Positions 8,432-17,576 of a stretch of 30,503 nucleotides of DNA are shown piece by piece. The position numbers were made by a program, and so were the translations under genes. The notes beneath the pieces were generated by a model that had not been told where the DNA came from, ran no database searches, and saw only the letters and a list, made by a program, of their open reading frames with translations. The stretch's first letter is position 1; the number at the start of each line of letters is the position of its first letter. Origin of the DNA: a virus; UHGV virus genome UHGV-0123901. One strand, 5' to 3'.

Positions 8432-9672
8432 TATGCAGCCCTTACGATATAGTTAAATGCAATATTTCGTGGACGGGTTTCGCTCCCGCCATATGATGAT
8501 GTAAATCCCGAATATGCCCGGTGTCCCGCATCCGTCGTATTAGCCCAGGAAGGACCGCTAGAAGTATAGATGACCCCATTGTAATCATGGCCGTGTGCCT
8601 CAATGCTCCCGTCCTGAGCAGACAGGAGAGTCCGTCCTGAATCAATTCCTCTTCCATCATCCCACCCACGAATGAATTCGCCGCGTAAATCTGGCAATTT
8701 ATTTGTCGGATAAACTTTTGCCAGTTCCGGATACTCTTCGGCAGAAAAAGCTGCACCGTTGCATTTCAGCCAGCCTGTTGGCGGAGTGGCTGAGGGCCAC
8801 GGAACAGGCACACCAACGGGTAATGCCGAACCTTCTCCCAAACCAAGGTATGCGAGAAGACCGGCAACATCCTTTCCACTCAAATGAGTCAGCGTCTCAT
8901 CCAGTGGCTGCTTACCTGACAGCGCATTGTTAATAGTGGTGCTGAATTTCGGGTCATTGTTAATGGCCGCGGCAATTTCTTTCAGTGTATCCAGCGTGGC
9001 TGGCGCGCCGTTAATCAGAGCGGTAATAGCAGCCTGAACAAACTCAGTGGTCGCAATCCGCGTGGTGTTATTTCCTGCGGCAGGCGTCGGCGCTTTTGGT
9101 TCTCCGGTAAATGTCGGATTATGTTTCTGTGCATACTGGGTATGAGGATCCTGTGCGGCAATGTGGTTTCTCATCTGGTCATCCACATACAGCTTTAACT
9201 CCAGAACTTCATCATCCACGTATTTACGGGTCGCCAGTACCACCGACGGGTCGATTTTCAGCGTGATGGCTTCGGTATTCGTGACAACCAGAATCATGCG
9301 GATAGTCTGGGTACGACCGCTGCCTTCCTGCAACTGCGGTTTGTACGTTTCCGGGCAGTTCGCCACCGCAATGAGTACGCCTTCATCATCATAAAGCCCA
9401 ATCTCACGGATCCAGAATCCGCCCTCGTTCTCAGGGATGATTTGCTCCGCAATAATCTGGCTCTGGTTGTTCGGGTCAACACTCAGAAGATTCAGCGGTG
9501 CAATGCGTTTCTGATTAATCAGTTTTGTCTGTGCCGGGTCTGGTGTCGGCAAGACACCATTCGCATCACCAACGGCCATTTGCGTCAGATTCAGCTTACT
9601 GCCGAGCATCGTCGCGTTAGCCAGCCGTGCTGCGCCCTGATTAGTCAGAATGGCGTAGTATTTCACTGTCAT
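8431..9672 (-). CDS. H: tail fibre protein (P2 gpH-like constant N-terminus, variable C-terminus)
   Basis: 413-aa ORF after I; a crossover site lies inside the gene at 8833-8858, dividing a 276-codon constant part from a 137-codon variable part. Confidence 0.85.
   Translation of the reverse strand: MTVKYYAILTNQGAARLANATMLGSKLNLTQMAVGDANGVLPTPDPAQTKLINQKRIAPLNLLSVDPNNQSQIIAEQIIPENEGGFWIREIGLYDDEGVLIAVANCPETYKPQLQEGSGRTQTIRMILVVTNTEAITLKIDPSVVLATRKYVDDEVLELKLYVDDQMRNHIAAQDPHTQYAQKHNPTFTGEPKAPTPAAGNNTTRIATTEFVQAAITALINGAPATLDTLKEIAAAINNDPKFSTTINNALSGKQPLDETLTHLSGKDVAGLLAYLGLGEGSALPVGVPVPWPSATPPTGWLKCNGAAFSAEEYPELAKVYPTNKLPDLRGEFIRGWDDGRGIDSGRTLLSAQDGSIEAHGHDYNGVIYTSSGPSWANTTDAGHRAYSGFTSSYGGSETRPRNIAFNYIVRAA
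8833..8858. other. invertase crossover site (right, inside H)
   Basis: ttctcccaaaccaaggtatgcgagaa; inverted repeat of the site at 7063-7086. Confidence 0.6.
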
Positions 9673-10280
9673 GCGTTTACTCTCAGGTTATCAATTAAAT
9701 GAATGGCCGAGGCCGGGAAATAATCCCCTCCGACAATAATGGCCTCCGGGGTGTAGGGATAAACCGTCAGGGCGTCACCGTGATAGCATCCCGCACCGGC
9801 AAAAATGTTGCCGGTTGTACTTAAACTGATAGCCAGTCCCGTCAGATGGCGGCTCGCCGGTTTTGCATCAGCAACGAGGCGCTCCAGCTCCTGATACATT
9901 TCCTCGGTAATACCCTGCTCAAGCACACCAACAACGATGCGGAATGTCCCCGGCTCCTCGTTGAGCAGCCACCACTCCCTCACCTCAATCAGATAGCCGA
10001 GCGGCTCCACCACACGCCGGATTGCGCCTATAGTGCCCTTATGGCAGTGAATGAAATACGCATCGCGGATAACAGCGCGTTTTGTCGCTTCCGGCCACTT
10101 ATCATCCCAGCGGTCAACCGAAAATGACCACGCCAGCCACGGCAGCAGATTTGCCGGGCAGGTGTCCGGGTTCCACAGCTCACGAATACTGACCGGCGTT
10201 TTTTCAATTTCCGCACAGGCTTTTGCGGCGGCAACTTCAAGCGGTGATGAGCCGGTCGGCAGCAGGCGCGAATCACTCAT
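9669..10280 (-). CDS. I: baseplate protein (P2 gpI-like)
   Basis: 203-aa ORF between J and H, overlapping both neighbours. Confidence 0.8.
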   Translation of the reverse strand: MSDSRLLPTGSSPLEVAAAKACAEIEKTPVSIRELWNPDTCPANLLPWLAWSFSVDRWDDKWPEATKRAVIRDAYFIHCHKGTIGAIRRVVEPLGYLIEVREWWLLNEEPGTFRIVVGVLEQGITEEMYQELERLVADAKPASRHLTGLAISLSTTGNIFAGAGCYHGDALTVYPYTPEAIIVGGDYFPASAIHLIDNLRVNA

Positions 10281-11181
10281 CCGAGCCTCCGGTCACGACG
10301 CGGTATTCGGTACAGAAAGACGCCTGCGTACTGTTGAGCACGATGTCGGCCAGTGGTGCAGCCAGTTCGACACGCTGCACACCTTCCACATGCAAAGCGG
10401 CATAAATGGCAGACAGACGGATGTCGCGCCCCAGCCGGTGCTGTGCCGTGATATACGCTTCCAGCTTTTTCACAGCGGCAGCGCGGATGGGTTCGCTTTC
10501 GGGACCAGGGTAAAGGTAAAGCGTGGCGTTTATCTGGTATTCAACGATGGCGGCAGACTGCACGGTCACGCGGTCGGCCACCGGCCTGACGTCCTCGCCA
10601 TTAAGGGCGTTGCGCACCACCGCCAGCAGGTCTTCGGATGCGACACCGTTATTTTCGCGAGACAGCACAGAGATAGTGACACAGGCCGGAGACGGACTGG
10701 TGACAGAGATATCCGCGACACGCCCGTCGGCACTGCGACCATGATACTGATAAGCACCCACCGACCCGGCGACGCTTAAGCCCTCAAACGCCTGCTGAAT
10801 ACGCAGACGATAATCGGTGTCAGACTCCATCACTGCCGGTGTCGGCGGGATAGTCGAATCATCTGCCGGGGTGATAGTCAGGCGCGTGGTGTTGTAATTG
10901 GCACCAATCACATCAAGGTCATTACCGGCTGCACAGGCCAGCATCACCGCCCGTGCAGCCTCATTCACACGCTGACGCCAGATAAGCTCACGATAAGCAT
11001 TTTCCTCCAGCAGTTTGACGAGAGGCTCAGATTCCAGCGTCAGGGTACGGGCGACCGCCTCCTGCTGGTCTTCCGGGTAAAGGGAAATCAGTGTCGCCTT
11101 GCGTTCGGCGAGAATGGTTTCAAAGTCCAGCTCCTCAACCACATCCGGTGCGGGTAGCTGGTTCAGGTCGATAATCGGCAT
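10273..11181 (-). CDS. J: baseplate wedge protein (P2 gpJ-like)
   Basis: 302-aa ORF, length and position as P2 J. Confidence 0.9.
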   Translation of the reverse strand: MPIIDLNQLPAPDVVEELDFETILAERKATLISLYPEDQQEAVARTLTLESEPLVKLLEENAYRELIWRQRVNEAARAVMLACAAGNDLDVIGANYNTTRLTITPADDSTIPPTPAVMESDTDYRLRIQQAFEGLSVAGSVGAYQYHGRSADGRVADISVTSPSPACVTISVLSRENNGVASEDLLAVVRNALNGEDVRPVADRVTVQSAAIVEYQINATLYLYPGPESEPIRAAAVKKLEAYITAQHRLGRDIRLSAIYAALHVEGVQRVELAAPLADIVLNSTQASFCTEYRVVTGGSDE

Positions 11182-11185
11182 GGTT

Positions 11186-11533
11186 TCAACTCACAGGGAT
11201 GGTTAACGAAAGTGGCTGGCCGGTGTCGTTGTGCTGACCGGTTAATGTGACCGTCATTCGCCCGTCAAAACTGCGCTCAGTGGTGACGGATGACAGGGTG
11301 ACGCGGGGTTCCCATTTCAGCACCGCCATGTAACAGGCGACCTTAATCTGCAACTCAAGCGCCGGGGTCTGCGGCTGGTCAATCATTGACGCCAGCAACG
11401 AGCCGTAATCACGACGCATCACTCGTGAGCCGACCGGTGTGCGCAGGATATCGCCGATACTCTGGCTGATATGCTCAAGGTCAGTGACCGTCAGGCCATC
11501 ACTGCGATTCATTCCGAGATAACGTGCTGTCAT
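11186..11533 (-). CDS. W: baseplate protein (P2 gpW-like)
   Basis: 115-aa ORF between V and J. Confidence 0.85.
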   Translation of the reverse strand: MTARYLGMNRSDGLTVTDLEHISQSIGDILRTPVGSRVMRRDYGSLLASMIDQPQTPALELQIKVACYMAVLKWEPRVTLSSVTTERSFDGRMTVTLTGQHNDTGQPLSLTIPVS

Positions 11534-12165
11534 AGAGGACTCCCGGTTGTGCCGCCGCTGTCGCCGGGGTGTTTATGGGTATGCAGTACCTTACCGTTTG
11601 ATGAGAGTTCACCACCGGTGTGTTCAATGTTGCCGCGCATCGTCCCGCCCTTCTGTACTTCCAGCGTGCCGGTAATCAGCCTGTTGGTGCAGACCACCTC
11701 CGGTGTGTCCAGAGTGATGCGGGTTGACGCTTTCACCATGACCACCGGCACCGTGGCAGTAACAGAATCAGAAGCCGTCACGCTGACCGTTTTAATTCCG
11801 CTTACCGTGAGTGCACTGGTTTCGGGTTCATACTCAATCACCGCCCCGTCAGGGAAACGGATATGCAGGGCATCCGCCGACGCAGACGGCGCGGGGTTAT
11901 CGCCGGAATAAATCCCCGGCAGAACAAACGCCGTGTCAAGTTCACCGCCCACGGCCAGAATCAGCACCTGTTCCCCCACGGAAGGTGCCCACCATGTGCG
12001 CGAACGTCCTGCGCGATGGGTCAGCCACTGAAGCCAGTCGGTGCACATGCCGCCGGTCTGCACACGGCAGCGACCGGCGTTAAGGTCGGTTTCGACGATA
12101 ATGCCGGTGCGGATCATGTTGCGCAGTGCGCGCGCGAGTTCCTGGATATTTGCGAGAGTGTTCAT
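11530..12165 (-). CDS. V: baseplate spike/assembly protein (P2 gpV-like)
   Basis: 211-aa ORF; first gene of the V-W-J-I-H block. Confidence 0.9.
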   Translation of the reverse strand: MNTLANIQELARALRNMIRTGIIVETDLNAGRCRVQTGGMCTDWLQWLTHRAGRSRTWWAPSVGEQVLILAVGGELDTAFVLPGIYSGDNPAPSASADALHIRFPDGAVIEYEPETSALTVSGIKTVSVTASDSVTATVPVVMVKASTRITLDTPEVVCTNRLITGTLEVQKGGTMRGNIEHTGGELSSNGKVLHTHKHPGDSGGTTGSPL

Positions 12166-12231
12166 AACGGGAAGGATGCCGCCGGGTCATACCGGCGGCA
12201 ATGTGACGATGAGGTGTCAGGAATGGCACAA

Positions 12232-12684
12232 CTAACGGTCGAGGTGAGCCAGAATAATCTCTTCAATCATCTGCACATCCTCACCGGTAAAGCCGAGCAG
12301 AGGACGCGCCGGATAATCAATTTTCTTACCGTCTTTCCGGTTTTCTTCCGACAGACCGAACTGATGCACGCAGGCGATTTTCGGTGACTTCCCGCCGTAA
12401 AATTCCATTGATGCCTGCTCCGGGCTGGCGCGGATATGCAAAAAACGACTGGTGATAAGTTTCGCAAACATTTTTCGCTTAACACGACCGGTCTTTTTTC
12501 TGGCGCTCTGCTGCTGGCGTGGCGCGTAGGGTGTGCCGTCCGGGGCTTTCTGTGCCATCACCCGACGCTGCTGACTCTGCCGCAGACGTTTCGCCAGTTC
12601 GGCGCTCAGTCGCCGACGCCCTGACGGTGACAGCGACTCAATCAGTCCGGTCAGCCGGTCTTCAAAACGCTTAAACTCATTCAT
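12232..12684 (-). CDS. S: tail completion protein (P2 gpS-like)
   Basis: 150-aa ORF downstream of R. Confidence 0.85.
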   Translation of the reverse strand: MNEFKRFEDRLTGLIESLSPSGRRRLSAELAKRLRQSQQRRVMAQKAPDGTPYAPRQQQSARKKTGRVKRKMFAKLITSRFLHIRASPEQASMEFYGGKSPKIACVHQFGLSEENRKDGKKIDYPARPLLGFTGEDVQMIEEIILAHLDR

Positions 12685-13144
12685 CCCACTTGCTCACCAG
12701 TTCGCCATTGATATAAAGCTCCATCGGGCGGGTGACCGGCTCCGGCGGCGGGGGTTCCGGGATATTCTTCACATGCAGCGCGCCGTCCACCTCACTGACC
12801 AGCGTGCGCTCGGTCAGCATCAGGCTGATGCTGATATCAAAGCTGCTGTCATTGTTGATGTCTGCATAAAACGTGAAGCCCTTTTTCTGGCCTGCGTCGG
12901 TGGTCATGATGTCGGGCTGATTTTCCCGCAGCCACGCCAGCACCGGCACAATGAGCAGGTCAAAATCACCGGTAAAGTCGGTCACAATCACATTGAGCGT
13001 GTAACGCTTTTCGAATGACAACGACGTCGCCAGTGTGGAGGCAATACTCCCGTTATCCACGAATATCCGCAGCATCTCGGGACTGGTTTTCAGCACCGTG
13101 ACGGCATCAGTCAGCGCCCTGCGCAGGCTGTCGGGTTTGAGCAT
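12677..13144 (-). CDS. R: tail completion protein (P2 gpR-like)
   Basis: 155-aa ORF downstream of the lysis genes. Confidence 0.85.
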   Translation of the reverse strand: MLKPDSLRRALTDAVTVLKTSPEMLRIFVDNGSIASTLATSLSFEKRYTLNVIVTDFTGDFDLLIVPVLAWLRENQPDIMTTDAGQKKGFTFYADINNDSSFDISISLMLTERTLVSEVDGALHVKNIPEPPPPEPVTRPMELYINGELVSKWDE

Positions 13145-13397
13145 CGTTTTCGTCCTGACAGTGTTTAATCATTTTTACCTGGCTGGCACAGCGTGCCAGC
13201 GCGTTCTCAAGCTGCCGGATATCGGCACTTAAATCGCCGTTCGTCTGCGGGTCACTGCCCGGCATCGGGCAAAGGCTCACTTTCGGGCAGGCGTTGGCGA
13301 CAATCACTGGCGTCGGTGCAGGCCGGGCGCTGGTGCAACCGGCGCACAGCATCAGGCAGGTCAGCGCCGTACCAGCGGCGAAAATCTTCGTTTTCAT
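13107..13397 (-). CDS. lysC: Rz1-like outer-membrane lipoprotein spanin (P2 lysC-like)
   Basis: 96-aa frame starting MKTKIFAAGTALTCLMLCAGC (signal peptide plus lipobox Cys), embedded out of frame in the 3' part of lysB and running into R. Confidence 0.7.
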   Translation of the reverse strand: MKTKIFAAGTALTCLMLCAGCTSARPAPTPVIVANACPKVSLCPMPGSDPQTNGDLSADIRQLENALARCASQVKMIKHCQDENDAQTRQPAQGAD

Positions 13398-13677
13398 TAA
13401 GTAACCTCGTGATGGTTTTCTCGCGCTGTGCTTCACGCTTCGCGGCGTTCTCCAGTTCCTGACGCAGTACCACCTGCGCCAGCTCGTTTTTGTCTGCTCT
13501 GGTGAGGGCAACATGAAGCTGATTTTTCAGCATGGTGATGGTCGTCTGCTGCCCGCTGGCGACGTTGTTCGCCCTGTCCAGCGAGGCGCGCAGGCTGGCG
13601 TTTTCATGCTTCGCCAGAAACAGCCCCGCCACCGCCAGCGATAACAACACGACCAGCACAATCATCAGCTTTGACAT
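13252..13677 (-). CDS. lysB: Rz-like inner-membrane spanin (P2 lysB-like)
   Basis: 141-aa ORF with N-terminal TM segment and coiled-coil remainder. Confidence 0.8.
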   Translation of the reverse strand: MSKLMIVLVVLLSLAVAGLFLAKHENASLRASLDRANNVASGQQTTITMLKNQLHVALTRADKNELAQVVLRQELENAAKREAQREKTITRLLNENEDFRRWYGADLPDAVRRLHQRPACTDASDCRQRLPESEPLPDAGQ

Positions 13678-14090
13678 AATTCCCGCCCCTCAAGACGCTG
13701 ACGACAGGCTTTACGTATCAGCCGGAAAAACAGCGACGCCACAAGATAAATCAGCGCGGTAAAAATCCATCCGGCGGCGACCAGCGAGATAAATGTCGCC
13801 ACCATCACCACCAGAGCCACTGCCCGTCTGCACCACGGCACCGGCTGCAAAAACAGCGACGTGACAATCTTCACGGCCAGCGATTCCGGCGGCAGCTCCC
13901 GTCCGTAGCGTTCCAGTACATACTCAGTGGCATACACCCCGACACCACCGGCAACCACACAGATAACCGTCGCCAGAATCGCCCAGGTGGCGACAAAACT
14001 GACGGCCACGCTCTGCGGGTAAATCAGGAACAGTGCCAGCATCAGCGCCAGCGACACGTGCAGCATCAGTGAAAGGGATAATTTCTTCAT
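13665..14090 (-). CDS. lysA: lysis timing membrane protein (P2 lysA-like)
   Basis: 141-aa ORF with several hydrophobic helices, between K and lysB. Confidence 0.75.
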   Translation of the reverse strand: MKKLSLSLMLHVSLALMLALFLIYPQSVAVSFVATWAILATVICVVAGGVGVYATEYVLERYGRELPPESLAVKIVTSLFLQPVPWCRRAVALVVMVATFISLVAAGWIFTALIYLVASLFFRLIRKACRQRLEGRELCQS

Positions 14091-14104
14091 GGTGTTTACT
14101 CCGT

Positions 14105-14602
14105 TTAAGCCGGTACGCCGCCAGCGGTACGCCAGACGGTGACCAGTTTTTCCAGTGAATGCTCACGCTGACCGTAACCGGCACCCGGCAGGGACGCCCA
14201 GATATTGCGACAGCGTGAAATGGCGCGCTCAATGCGTCCCGCCCGGATGTCATCCAGTGCACCGCGTTCGCGGATCAACTGAATGGCGAGTCTGTCCTGT
14301 GACAACGGACTGAAATCCGGCAGGGCAAGCTGTTTGCGGTAATGCGGCCAGAACAGGTAAAGCTGCTGATAGCGACCGGAGGCCGTGGATTTTTCACCGC
14401 GACGGTTAAACACCTTCGCCGGTCGGCCATGTGCGAACGGGTGGTCACTGTAGTCGGTGAAAATTTCCGGCTTCCCGTCCAGTCCGGTGACTATCACGTC
14501 ATAGCCACGGTTTTTCGTCAGCGGATGATTCGCCGTCCCTTCGGATACCGCCAGCATGTCGAGAAAGGCGGCGATATTCTGATGCGTGTTAATTACCGGC
14601 AT
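14105..14602 (-). CDS. K: endolysin (P2 gpK-like lysozyme)
   Basis: 165-aa ORF immediately after the holin. Confidence 0.9.
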   Translation of the reverse strand: MPVINTHQNIAAFLDMLAVSEGTANHPLTKNRGYDVIVTGLDGKPEIFTDYSDHPFAHGRPAKVFNRRGEKSTASGRYQQLYLFWPHYRKQLALPDFSPLSQDRLAIQLIRERGALDDIRAGRIERAISRCRNIWASLPGAGYGQREHSLEKLVTVWRTAGGVPA

Positions 14603-14883
14603 TACTGTTTCCCCCTGCCCTTAAAGCGACGCTGAATGGCAATCTCAATCACCTGATAACCGGCGATACCCAGCATGGAGCCGATGCCGCACACCGCAGG
14701 CAGTGACAGGTCAGGAAACTGCACCAGAACAACACCGGCAACCATCGAGACAAAACCACCGAGCAACATGCGTCCGATAAACAGACGCGGGGTGATGGGT
14801 TCACCACCGGCAAGCACCTTGCCGACAACAATCAGCACCCCAATCATGAAAAGCGACAGGACGCTTTTTTCTTCTGCTGTCAT
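14602..14883 (-). CDS. Y: holin (P2 gpY-like)
   Basis: 93-aa ORF with hydrophobic helices and a charged C-terminus (RRFKGRGKQ). Confidence 0.85.
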   Translation of the reverse strand: MTAEEKSVLSLFMIGVLIVVGKVLAGGEPITPRLFIGRMLLGGFVSMVAGVVLVQFPDLSLPAVCGIGSMLGIAGYQVIEIAIQRRFKGRGKQ

Positions 14884-14886
14884 GCG

Positions 14887-15090
14887 TTACTCCCACAGAT
14901 TGACAGTTTCAGCCACGGGCGCGGTCTGAACGTCGGGCAGTTCGACGGCGGTGCCGTGTGGCAGCACCGCACCCAGTTCAGCCAGTCCCGGATTTGCGGC
15001 GAGCACGGCTTCGACCACGCCCTCAGTGCGCCCGTAATACCGGACACAAATGGCGTCGAGCGTGTCGCCCTGTAGCGCAAAGGTCTTCAT
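14887..15090 (-). CDS. X: tail protein X (LysM-like, P2 gpX-like)
   Basis: 67-aa product starting MKTFALQGDTLDAICVRYYGR; its ATG overlaps the L stop (TGATG). Confidence 0.8.
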   Translation of the reverse strand: MKTFALQGDTLDAICVRYYGRTEGVVEAVLAANPGLAELGAVLPHGTAVELPDVQTAPVAETVNLWE

Positions 15091-15599
15091 CAGATTTGAC
15101 TCACGATGCAGCGCGGCTTGTCCTGGATACGCGCCACCGCCCAGCGCATATCCCGCCACAGCTCATCAATGGTGCTGTCAATGCTGTCAGCCTTCTTGTC
15201 GCCTTTCGCACTGGCATCCACGCCGCGATAACGCTCATAAAGCGACGCGGTCGCCATCGCACACACGGCGCGCTCGTAGTAAAAAACTTTGATGCTTTCA
15301 CCGTCGATATCGTCCGCCGGGACGTCCGCCAGACGCGTAAAACCGGCGGCAATTTTCTGTTCGCGGTACTCGTACAGCTCCGCATTCGTCTCCGCCATGC
15401 CTGACTTGATGGCCTCACGCAGACGAGCGGGGACGACGGTCTGCTCAAGGCGCATACGTTCCCGGACGCGCTTCGGGTCGATATCGGGGAAAAAGAACGT
15501 GTTTTTAATCACCGGCTCGTCGCCTGCCGGTTGCGGGATGACCACCGTACCCTCACCGGACACGGGAGCCTCCTTTCGCGGAATAATCAGCGTCATCAT
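15090..15599 (-). CDS. L: head completion/stabilisation protein (P2 gpL-like)
   Basis: 169-aa product starting MMTLIIPRKEAP after trimming the ORF to the P2-consistent start. Confidence 0.85.
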   Translation of the reverse strand: MMTLIIPRKEAPVSGEGTVVIPQPAGDEPVIKNTFFFPDIDPKRVRERMRLEQTVVPARLREAIKSGMAETNAELYEYREQKIAAGFTRLADVPADDIDGESIKVFYYERAVCAMATASLYERYRGVDASAKGDKKADSIDSTIDELWRDMRWAVARIQDKPRCIVSQI

Positions 15600-15697
15600 G
15601 ACTACCTCTGAAAAGTCGGGCGGTGGACGCCGGTGCAGTGTCAGGTGATTCACCCTCACTGACCGGCGTGCCGCCCTGGCGCGGGGCGCATTCGTTG

Positions 15698-16441
15698 TTA
15701 ACTGGCTTTCTTTTTCGGGCGTCCACGTTTTGCCGGTGTCACGCTCCGGGTCTTACGCGGGGCACGGGTGGCCGCTTTTGGCTGCGGCTCCGGCTTCGGT
15801 TTCAGCTCCCGCTCCAGTCGTTCAATCTCTTTTTTGACGCCTGCCTGACAGTCGAGCTGTGTCGCACGTTGCAGGTGCGCCAGCGCACCGGCGGCATCAC
15901 CAGCGTCACGCAGAAACAGACCGGTGATTTTGTGCAGCTTTGCGCGCACTTCATCAGGCATGTCTGCCGTGGCGGTCAGTTCAAGGGTGTCCGTCAGCAG
16001 GCGGGGATCCACAGACTCACCGGCAGCGTGAGCGCGCATGGCCGCGAGCGCCACCTCCTCGGTGAACATGTACGGCGGGGTGCGGCGGTGTTTACCCGGC
16101 ATGGTCAGACCGTACTTCAGGGCATAACGGGCAATCTCCAGCGCACCGGCAATATCGCCGGTATCCAGACGCCACAGCATGACCGTCATCAGAATGTCAT
16201 CCTGTGCACCTTTGCCCTGCTCCAGCACGCCGTTCACCCACGGCAACCAGAACGGCAGCAGTTCGCGCTTTTTCGCGGCCTTCAGCTCTTTTGAATAAAT
16301 CGCTTTCAGTGTGCGCTGGTCTGCGGCGAGCTTAACCAGCATCTGCTCATAGACAGTTGCATGTCGCAGCGGGGCGGCTTCCCGCTGCGCGGTCATCGCT
16401 GCCGAGACCCGCATCATGTGGCGCTGTGCGGGACTCGTCAT
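15698..16441 (-). CDS. M: terminase small (endonuclease) subunit (P2 gpM-like)
   Basis: 247-aa ORF with basic C-terminal tail. Confidence 0.9.
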   Translation of the reverse strand: MTSPAQRHMMRVSAAMTAQREAAPLRHATVYEQMLVKLAADQRTLKAIYSKELKAAKKRELLPFWLPWVNGVLEQGKGAQDDILMTVMLWRLDTGDIAGALEIARYALKYGLTMPGKHRRTPPYMFTEEVALAAMRAHAAGESVDPRLLTDTLELTATADMPDEVRAKLHKITGLFLRDAGDAAGALAHLQRATQLDCQAGVKKEIERLERELKPKPEPQPKAATRAPRKTRSVTPAKRGRPKKKAS

Positions 16442-16444
16442 CGG

Positions 16445-17518
16445 TTACGCTCCCGGCTCTGCGGTCGCTTTAGCCAGTGTGGAGAAATCACCGACCTTAA
16501 TTTTTTCCACCAGACAACCGGCGGCGTAGTCTTCCACCACGTAATCAATGTTCATTGACTCGTAGTTCTCCACGCGGTCGAGTTTCGGGTTTTCCTCAAT
16601 CACGCGGCGATGGCTGTCATCCATGTAGTAGATGGACAGGTTTTCCAGCTTTGTGATGAGCATCGCATCCGCCGGGAAGTACGGGACGCGTACCGCCGGC
16701 AGGTTACCGATGCGTTTCTGGCTGATGATGACGTCAGCGGCCAGCATTTCGCTGTTGTCCTGCTCCTTGTTGACGATGGGAAAATACTTGTCCGCCAGTA
16801 GCTGACGTCCCACAATCACCACAAGGTCAGGGTCTTCCTGATACCACGGCTCAATCAGGTTGTTGGTCGCATCCATCACCAGTGCGTCAAGGCTGGCATA
16901 ATCACCGCCCTTACCCACGCGGATAACCTCAGAGGTGGTGTGCCCTTCCTCGTCAGTGACCTTGCTCATCACGCGCGCCGGGGCTTCATTGCGGTATTTC
17001 TGCAGCCAGCCGACCGCCACATCCTGCAGCATCGGATTGCTGCTGCGGTCAGAGGTTTCGGCACGCCTCACGCCGTTAAAACCGGCCATGATTAAATCAA
17101 GGGACTGGCGTTTGATAATGGCGTTACGGACACGGAGCTGGAAATCCTGATAACGCGCCCACAGGTCCAGCGTTTTGTAGCGGATATAAAAATCGAAGTT
17201 AATCTGGTCGCATTCGTACTTGTTTGACGCCAGCTTCGAGAAGTCCTTCGGCTGACGCTCGGTGCCACCGGCGGTGTCGGTGGTGCTGGCGATGGAGCCG
17301 GTGACACCGATGCCAATTTTTTCCCCTTTCATTTCGCTGACCGGCACAATGTTGATGCGGGTCAGAAAGTCAGAGGACTCCTGCATGGTGTTCATCAGGG
17401 TCTGGGTGACCGACGGTTCAACGGTGAATTTTTTCGACACATCACCAGCGTCGATGCCGTTCAGTTCGGCAACACGGGACAGGTAGGCATTAAATTTAAA
17501 GCGGGTTTCCTGGCGCAT
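16445..17518 (-). CDS. N: major capsid protein (P2 gpN-like)
   Basis: 357-aa ORF between O and M. Confidence 0.9.
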   Translation of the reverse strand: MRQETRFKFNAYLSRVAELNGIDAGDVSKKFTVEPSVTQTLMNTMQESSDFLTRINIVPVSEMKGEKIGIGVTGSIASTTDTAGGTERQPKDFSKLASNKYECDQINFDFYIRYKTLDLWARYQDFQLRVRNAIIKRQSLDLIMAGFNGVRRAETSDRSSNPMLQDVAVGWLQKYRNEAPARVMSKVTDEEGHTTSEVIRVGKGGDYASLDALVMDATNNLIEPWYQEDPDLVVIVGRQLLADKYFPIVNKEQDNSEMLAADVIISQKRIGNLPAVRVPYFPADAMLITKLENLSIYYMDDSHRRVIEENPKLDRVENYESMNIDYVVEDYAAGCLVEKIKVGDFSTLAKATAEPGA

Positions 17519-17576
17519 AGTTTTTCCTGAAATTAAGGGTTAATCGTGAAGGTTTTCCCGGACTGACTGACGCCGG

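Larger units (their letters stand above)
7075..8844. other. invertible tail-fibre host-range segment (G-segment-like), about 1.77 kb
   Basis: Bounded by the inverted crossover sites; contains two convergent Tfa genes and two alternative fibre C-termini; invertase gene adjacent and reading outward. Confidence 0.6.
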
